DNA of 54,231 bases, from positions 1-54,231 of the forward strand of contig BDTS01000023.1 in NCBI GenBank assembly GCA_002897915.1. Direction: 5' to 3'. The stretch comes from a bacterium BMS3Bbin09 (lineage in GTDB: Bacteria > Nitrospirota > Thermodesulfovibrionia > UBA6902). Under the pieces are notes generated by a model, which saw only the letters and a list, made by a program, of their open reading frames with translations, did not search any database and was not told the DNA's origin. Positions 48,693 to 54,231 of this stretch are shown in pieces; position 1 is the first letter of the stretch; the number at the start of each line of letters is the position of its first letter. Position numbers and translations under genes: made by a program.

Positions 48693-49315
48693 GATATTAT
48701 CCTGCCTTTCTTGATCTGAGTGACAGAAAAGCCGTTGTAGTGGGCGGCGGTAAGGTTGCCGAGAGAAAAGTGCGTTCACTCGTAAAGGCTGGAGCTCTGG
48801 TGGAGGTTGTGAGTCCCGATCTCACAACGGGCCTGAAAACACTTTGTGATCAGGGAAAGATCAGGCATAAAAAAAGGAAGTATAGAAGCGGCGATCTCAG
48901 GGGTGCGTTTATTGTGATCGCGGCCACCTCATCTGCTGATGTTAATGCAAAGGTCGCGCGGGATGCAAAAAATCTCGTGAACATAATCGATATGCCCGCT
49001 GACGGTAACTTTATAGTCCCTTCTCTTGTCAGGCGCGGCAATCTCACGATCGCCATATCCACGGAAGGCGTGAGCCCGGCAATTTCAAAGGCTGTCAGAA
49101 AAGAGATCGAACAGAAATATGACGCGGAGTTTGCGCGTTATCTACGGTTTGTGGAGAGTCTGCGGAAAAAAGCGATAAAGGAAATAAAGGACGCCAAAAA
49201 GAGGGAAAGGTTTCTTAAATCCCTTGCTTCCACTGAAATCCTGGCCACGCTCAGGAATAGAGGTTTTGGCGCGGCCTCAGGAGAAGTTCTGAAGGCCCTT
49301 GATAAGATCAAATAA
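48689..49315 (+). CDS. Precorrin-2 dehydrogenase/sirohydrochlorin ferrochelatase (CysG N-domain/SirC)
   Basis: YYPAFLDL, VVGGGKVAERK, FIVPSLVRRG.LTIAIST.G.SPA. Confidence 0.92.
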   Translation: MRYYPAFLDLSDRKAVVVGGGKVAERKVRSLVKAGALVEVVSPDLTTGLKTLCDQGKIRHKKRKYRSGDLRGAFIVIAATSSADVNAKVARDAKNLVNIIDMPADGNFIVPSLVRRGNLTIAISTEGVSPAISKAVRKEIEQKYDAEFARYLRFVESLRKKAIKEIKDAKKRERFLKSLASTEILATLRNRGFGAASGEVLKALDKIK

Positions 49316-49342
49316 GACGTAGAATCCAGTGCCGAAAAGCGT

Positions 49343-49510
49343 TACGGTTTTCCTTGTTCATCAATAGTTATTATTATTTTCCGGGCAACATGATTGTCAC
49401 TGACTATATTCTGGAATTTCTCACCGATTAGATAGCCAAGGGCTTTTTCAATTCCGAACAATTTAACAATTTGCCCGCCCTCAGCAATAATTTGCAAAAA
49501 TTTATCATAG
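49343..49510 (-). pseudogene. Possible gene remnant at the left edge of the defence-like island
   Basis: Startless reading frame ...LFGIEKALGYLIGEKFQN...* that looks protein-like. Confidence 0.3.
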
Positions 49511-49607
49511 ATCCGGGAAAATGCACAGAGTATAGAGTGTAAGTGTTATAATTTTACGGGAACTCTTTTGAGGTGGGAGTTATTGGGATATCCCCCTTTA
49601 TTTTTTA

Positions 49608-52478
49608 ATGAATATAACTGAATACCATGCAAAATATTACGCTTATGAATTAACTAAACGCTACTCTTCCGACAATCTGGAAAAGCTGATAACTCCTTTA
49701 ATGGATGCTCAAGTTGATTTAAATCCTCACCAGGTTGAAGCTGCTCTTTTTGCCTTTAAATCACCGCTATCCAAGGGAGCTCTTCTTGCCGATGAAGTTG
49801 GTCTTGGTAAGACAATTGAGGCAGGGATTCTAATATCACAGAAATGGGCTGAACGTAAAAGAAAAATCCTCATTATTCTTCCATCTAATCTCAGAAACCA
49901 ATGGAATCAGGAGCTGTATGACAAGTTCTTTCTGACTTCAACTATTCTTGAATCAAAGTCATTTAATGCTCATCTCAAGATAAGTAACGAAAATCCATTT
50001 GACAGAGATGAGATTGTACTTTGCTCGTATTATTTTGCAAGAAACAAAGCAGAATATATTAGAAATGTAAGATGGGACTTAGTAGTTATTGATGAGGCTC
50101 ATAGACTGAGAAACGTCTATAAGCCCTCAAATAAGATCGCTAAGGCTATACAGGAGGCAATTTCGTCATATCCCAAGGTGCTTCTTACCGCAACGCCTCT
50201 ACAAAATACATTGCTGGAACTTTATGGTTTGATCAGTTTTATTGATGATTTTACATTTGGAGATATCAAAAGCTATAAGGCACAATTCTCTAAACTAACT
50301 AACGAAGATAACTTTGACGACCTTAAAGCCCGGCTTGCTCCGGTATGTAAAAGAACCCTCAGAAGGCAGGTGCTTGAATATATACGCTACACAAACAGAA
50401 TACCGATAACTCAGGAGTTTATTCCTACTGAAGAGGAGCAAGAACTTTATGATGTTGTTTCTGGTTATTTACGACGGCAAAACTTATATGCTTTGCCGGC
50501 AAGCCAACGGCATCTCATAACTCTTATTCTTCGTAAACTTTTATCATCATCCACATTCGCTATAGCAGGGACTTTAACCTCTCTTCTTTACAGGTTAAAT
50601 GCAAAGCTGAAACGGGTTAAAGTTAAGCCCGAAATGGACGATGACCTCGGGCAGGATTTTGAATCCTATGAAGAGCTTAAAGATGAATGGCAGGAGAATG
50701 GTGACACACCGAGTGACGAAAATATAGTAACTGAAGAGGAACTTGAAGCTATAGGAGAAGAAATTAATGACTTGCAAAGGTTTAGGGATTTAGCCGAATC
50801 AATAACACATAACGCCAAAGGGAAAGAACTGCTGATTGCTCTGAAAACAGGTTTTAGCAAGGCAAAAGAATTAGGTGCAAATGAAAAAGCAGTTATTTTT
50901 ACTGAATCCCGAAGAACTCAGGAATACCTGCTTTCAGTGCTTTCAAATACAGAGTATAAGGGCCGCATTGTTCTTTTTAACGGATCAAATAACGATGAAA
51001 TATCCAAAGCTATATATAAAGAATGGTTTGATTTTCATAATGGAACAGATAAAGTAACAGGCTCAAAAACAGCAGATATACGATCTGCTATTGTAGATTG
51101 CTTTAAAAACAGGGCCACGATCATGATAGCAACAGAAGCTGCAGCCGAGGGGATCAATCTTCAGTTCTGCTCATTGGTTATTAACTATGACCTTCCGTGG
51201 AATCCTCAAAGGATCGAGCAGAGAATAGGCAGGTGTCATAGGTATGGTCAGAAATATGATGTTGTTGTGGTGAACTTCCTGAACAAAAAGAATGCCGCTG
51301 ATGTCAGGGTGCATGAACTCCTTTCTGAGAAGTTCAAGTTGTTCAGCGGTGTTTTTGGTGCGAGCGATGAGATTTTGGGAAGCATTGAATCAGGTGTAGA
51401 TTTTGAGAAGAGAATTGCCCGGATATATCAGGAATGCAGAACAGAGGAAGAAATACAGGCTTCTTTTGATGCCCTTCAAAAGGACATGGAGATGGAAATT
51501 GATGAGAAAATGAAGTTGACAAGGAAGAACCTCCTTGAAAACTTTGATGAAGAAGTTCACGAAAAATTAAAAGTGAATCTGGCTGAAAGCAAAGAATACT
51601 TGTCAAAGCATGAAAACTGGCTATGGCAAATAACAAGGTATTATCTTGAACCTTATGCTGACTTTATAACAGGCGATCATTCCTTTACTTTGAGACAAAA
51701 CCCTTTTCCTGAAGAGAAAATACATAAAGGTCCTTATAAGGTAGGGAAGAATATTGAGGATGCAAATATATATAGAATAGGACATCCTCTGGCACAGAGA
51801 ATAATTAATTCATGCAAATCAAGCGATCTGTTATTGCAGCAACTCACATTCAATTATTCAGACACAGCAAAGAAAATATCTATCTTAGATCCACTGATAG
51901 GTAAATCAGGATGGTTGTCTTTAGTAACTCTGACAATTGATTCCTTTGAGACAGAAGATTATATATTGTTTTGCGGGATTACAGATAACGGTAAAGAATT
52001 AGACATAGAGCAGGTCCAAAGACTTTTTTCTTTATCAGCCTCTGTTACCCCTTTCATTGATAAAATGCCTGATAATGTCTCTGATAATATTAACAAAATG
52101 ATTCACAGACAGGAGATGGATATATTACAATCAAATGCAGAGCACAATGGCAGTTTCTTTGATGCTGAATTGGAAAAGCTGGATAAGTGGGCTGAAGACA
52201 TCAAGAACAGCATTGAAATTGAATTGAAACAGCTTGATAAGGACATCAAAGCCCGTAAAACAGAAGCGAAGAAGATACTTAAACTTGATGAGAAAGTAAA
52301 GGCACAAAAAGAGATAAAGGACATGGAGAAGAAGCGGAATACCCTGAGGCAGAACCTTTATCAGGCGCAGGATGAGGTAGATGATAAGAAGGAACGGCTC
52401 ATTGAGGAAATTGAGTCAAGATTGAAACAGAAAATAGAGAAGGCAGAACTTTTTACTATTATATGGAGTGTTATATAA
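49608..52478 (+). CDS. SNF2-family helicase/ATPase with C-terminal coiled coil (restriction-modification associated type)
   Basis: LNPHQ, LADEVGLGKT, DEAH, LTATPLQN, TEAAAEGINLQ, YDLPWNP.RIEQRIGRCHR; more AT-rich than the flanking core genes. Confidence 0.92.
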   Translation: MNITEYHAKYYAYELTKRYSSDNLEKLITPLMDAQVDLNPHQVEAALFAFKSPLSKGALLADEVGLGKTIEAGILISQKWAERKRKILIILPSNLRNQWNQELYDKFFLTSTILESKSFNAHLKISNENPFDRDEIVLCSYYFARNKAEYIRNVRWDLVVIDEAHRLRNVYKPSNKIAKAIQEAISSYPKVLLTATPLQNTLLELYGLISFIDDFTFGDIKSYKAQFSKLTNEDNFDDLKARLAPVCKRTLRRQVLEYIRYTNRIPITQEFIPTEEEQELYDVVSGYLRRQNLYALPASQRHLITLILRKLLSSSTFAIAGTLTSLLYRLNAKLKRVKVKPEMDDDLGQDFESYEELKDEWQENGDTPSDENIVTEEELEAIGEEINDLQRFRDLAESITHNAKGKELLIALKTGFSKAKELGANEKAVIFTESRRTQEYLLSVLSNTEYKGRIVLFNGSNNDEISKAIYKEWFDFHNGTDKVTGSKTADIRSAIVDCFKNRATIMIATEAAAEGINLQFCSLVINYDLPWNPQRIEQRIGRCHRYGQKYDVVVVNFLNKKNAADVRVHELLSEKFKLFSGVFGASDEILGSIESGVDFEKRIARIYQECRTEEEIQASFDALQKDMEMEIDEKMKLTRKNLLENFDEEVHEKLKVNLAESKEYLSKHENWLWQITRYYLEPYADFITGDHSFTLRQNPFPEEKIHKGPYKVGKNIEDANIYRIGHPLAQRIINSCKSSDLLLQQLTFNYSDTAKKISILDPLIGKSGWLSLVTLTIDSFETEDYILFCGITDNGKELDIEQVQRLFSLSASVTPFIDKMPDNVSDNINKMIHRQEMDILQSNAEHNGSFFDAELEKLDKWAEDIKNSIEIELKQLDKDIKARKTEAKKILKLDEKVKAQKEIKDMEKKRNTLRQNLYQAQDEVDDKKERLIEEIESRLKQKIEKAELFTIIWSVI

Positions 52479-52481
52479 AGG

Positions 52482-52946
52482 ATGACTGAATCAGAGAGAA
52501 TTAAAATGCTCATAAAAGAAGGCGAAGGCTTAACGGTCGAGTTCAAGGAGAGATACACTCCCAGGATTGATCGTGACATTGTGTCGTTTGCCAATTCAAA
52601 AGGCGGGCGGTTGCTGCTCGGTGTTGATGATAGAGGAAAAGAACCTGTCTTTGAGATGGATTTATTTTTCAGGGCCATTTTTTATCGTGATCCAAAGTAT
52701 TCTCTTAAAACATACAAGGGCAGAGGAAAAGGGACGGAAGAAACTACCCAGAAAACTACCCGGAAAACTACCCGGAAAATAATAGATGCCATTACCAAAA
52801 AAGCAGATATTACTCAAAAAGAACTTGCTGCTTTTATTGGAATAACTGAAGACGGAGTAAAATACCATATAACAAGGCTTAAGAGAAAAGGAATCCTTAA
52901 ACGAATAGGCCCGGACAAAGGCGGGCATTGGGAGATAGTTGGATGA
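52482..52946 (+). pseudogene. AlbA_2(Schlafen)-HTH protein with apparent large in-frame internal deletion
   Basis: EGEGLTVEFKE..IVSFANSKGG.LLLGVDD joined directly to a C-terminal wHTH (ITQKELA...KRIGPDKGGHW); the middle domains are absent. Confidence 0.65.
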
Positions 52947-53029
52947 GGGTGTCAACTCGGCGATTCTGTTTTGCCTTGTCATTTCGACAACAGGAGAAAT
53001 CTTGAATCTTTATTTGCTTGTTCAACACT

Positions 53030-53131
53030 ATGAAGAAAAAACAGAAATTAGAACTCACATGGATAGGAAAAGACGAGCAGTCGAAGCTTGAGTCGAGGAT
53101 GTTGATCGAAGACCCGGAGCAGCGTAGCTGA
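53030..53131 (+). pseudogene. N-terminal stub of a type III R-M Mod methyltransferase
   Basis: MKKKQKLELTWIGKDEQSKLESRMLIEDPEQRS*; KLELTWIGK is the characteristic start of Mod proteins in SNF2-associated loci. Confidence 0.65.
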
Positions 53132-53143
53132 CATAACTGAAAT

Positions 53144-54231
53144 ATGAAATTTATTGAATCCGAGACATTGGAATTAAAAAAATCCACCGCTGAGATTAAA
53201 GAGGCGATCATATCTATAGCGGCAATCCTCAATAAACATCAACACGGCGAATTATTTTTTGGGATTAAAAACAACGGCGCTGTTGCAGGCCAGAACGTAT
53301 CAGACAAAACAATACGTGATGTATCAAAATCTATTGCAGACCATATTGAACCCAAAATCTATCCTCACATAAACCGTATCGAGATAGACGGCAAAATATG
53401 CATTAGAGTCCGGTTTAAGGGTAACGATATTCCCTATTTTGCATATGGCAGGGCACATATAAGAGTGGCGGATGAAGACCGGCAATTAAGCGCTAAGGAA
53501 CTCGAAGGGCTGATTCTCGGAAAGAATAAAGATAAATTAAGATGGGATACCGAAATCTGCAAAGAAGCAGAGATCACAGACATAAGCGCAGTAAAGGTTA
53601 AATCTTTTCTGAAAGGCTTGGGGCTGAAATATGACACTGTACGCAATGCGCTTGAGAAATTAAAGCTCACGCATGAAGGTAAGCTCCTCAATACGGCCGT
53701 AATCCTGTTCGCCAAAAAACCGCAGGCTTTTTTCCCGAATGCCCGTCTAAGATGCGCTGTTTTCGGCACAACAGACACAACGTTTACCATTGATATGCAG
53801 GATATTGAAGGAGATATCTTCTACCTGATCCAAAAAGCTGAAGGATATATCCTGAAAAATATACATATCGGTATGAAGCTTGAGGGGTTAAAAAGGATAG
53901 ATGTGCCTGAAATTGACAAGGAGGCATTCAGGGAAGCAATAATCAATGCCTTCTGCCACAGGGATTACCGGGAGTTTGATTCCGTTAATATTGCTGTCTT
54001 TAAAGACAGAGTTGAAATAAGGAGTCCGGGACTGCTTTATGGCGGCCTGACCATAGAGGCCATCAGGACAAAGATGGTTTCGGAGAGAAGAAATGAGCTA
54101 ATTGCAGAGATGCTTCATCGTGTTCATTTCATAGAGAAATGGGGACGGGGAATCAGGCTGATTCTCTCCAAAGAACCGGATGCCAAGTTCAGTGAAGTAG
54201 GAACCAAGTTTATCACCATATTTAAGCGGAA
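53144..54231 (+). CDS. AlbA_2 + HATPase_c_4 (RecG-like C-terminal) putative DNA-binding protein, 3' truncated by window
   Basis: MKFIESETLELKKST..ILNKHQHGELFFGI; REAIINAFCHRDY; DRVEIRSPG; RNELIAE; IEKWGRGI. Not in the ORF track because it runs off the end. Confidence 0.88.
   Translation, partial: MKFIESETLELKKSTAEIKEAIISIAAILNKHQHGELFFGIKNNGAVAGQNVSDKTIRDVSKSIADHIEPKIYPHINRIEIDGKICIRVRFKGNDIPYFAYGRAHIRVADEDRQLSAKELEGLILGKNKDKLRWDTEICKEAEITDISAVKVKSFLKGLGLKYDTVRNALEKLKLTHEGKLLNTAVILFAKKPQAFFPNARLRCAVFGTTDTTFTIDMQDIEGDIFYLIQKAEGYILKNIHIGMKLEGLKRIDVPEIDKEAFREAIINAFCHRDYREFDSVNIAVFKDRVEIRSPGLLYGGLTIEAIRTKMVSERRNELIAEMLHRVHFIEKWGRGIRLILSKEPDAKFSEVGTKFITIFKR

Overview
Bacterial chromosomal segment of an anaerobe. 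Gene content and order suggest Nitrospirota/Thermodesulfovibrionia or a similar lineage (inference only). Housekeeping blocks: glycogen genes (glgB, GH57/DUF3536, malQ), tRNA-Val/Asp/Asn, a DHH-CBS tRNA nucleotidyltransferase, an RpoD-like sigma factor, porCDAB, infB-rbfA-nrnA-truB, rpmB, mltG-ispG, yqeY-NIF3-dnaG and bamD-sirC. Most notable: (1) an operon with a PqqD/RRE-like + radical SAM/SPASM + ArsM-type methyltransferase fusion, a cobalamin-binding radical SAM and cysK, divergent from a GAF sigma-54 activator, a candidate unknown metalloid/organoarsenic or RiPP-like pathway; (2) a Tat-exported TtrB-like/molybdopterin oxidoreductase/TorD cluster with no membrane anchor; (3) a ~3 kb mosaic of gene scraps bracketed by a diverged ~530 bp fmdE duplication; (4) several families of small palindromic repeats, including a ~60 bp covarying hairpin family and a 20 bp palindrome inserted cleanly into a transposase relic; (5) the start of a SNF2/AlbA_2/type III Mod-stub defence-like locus at the right end. 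All calls come from reading motifs by eye; no database search was run.
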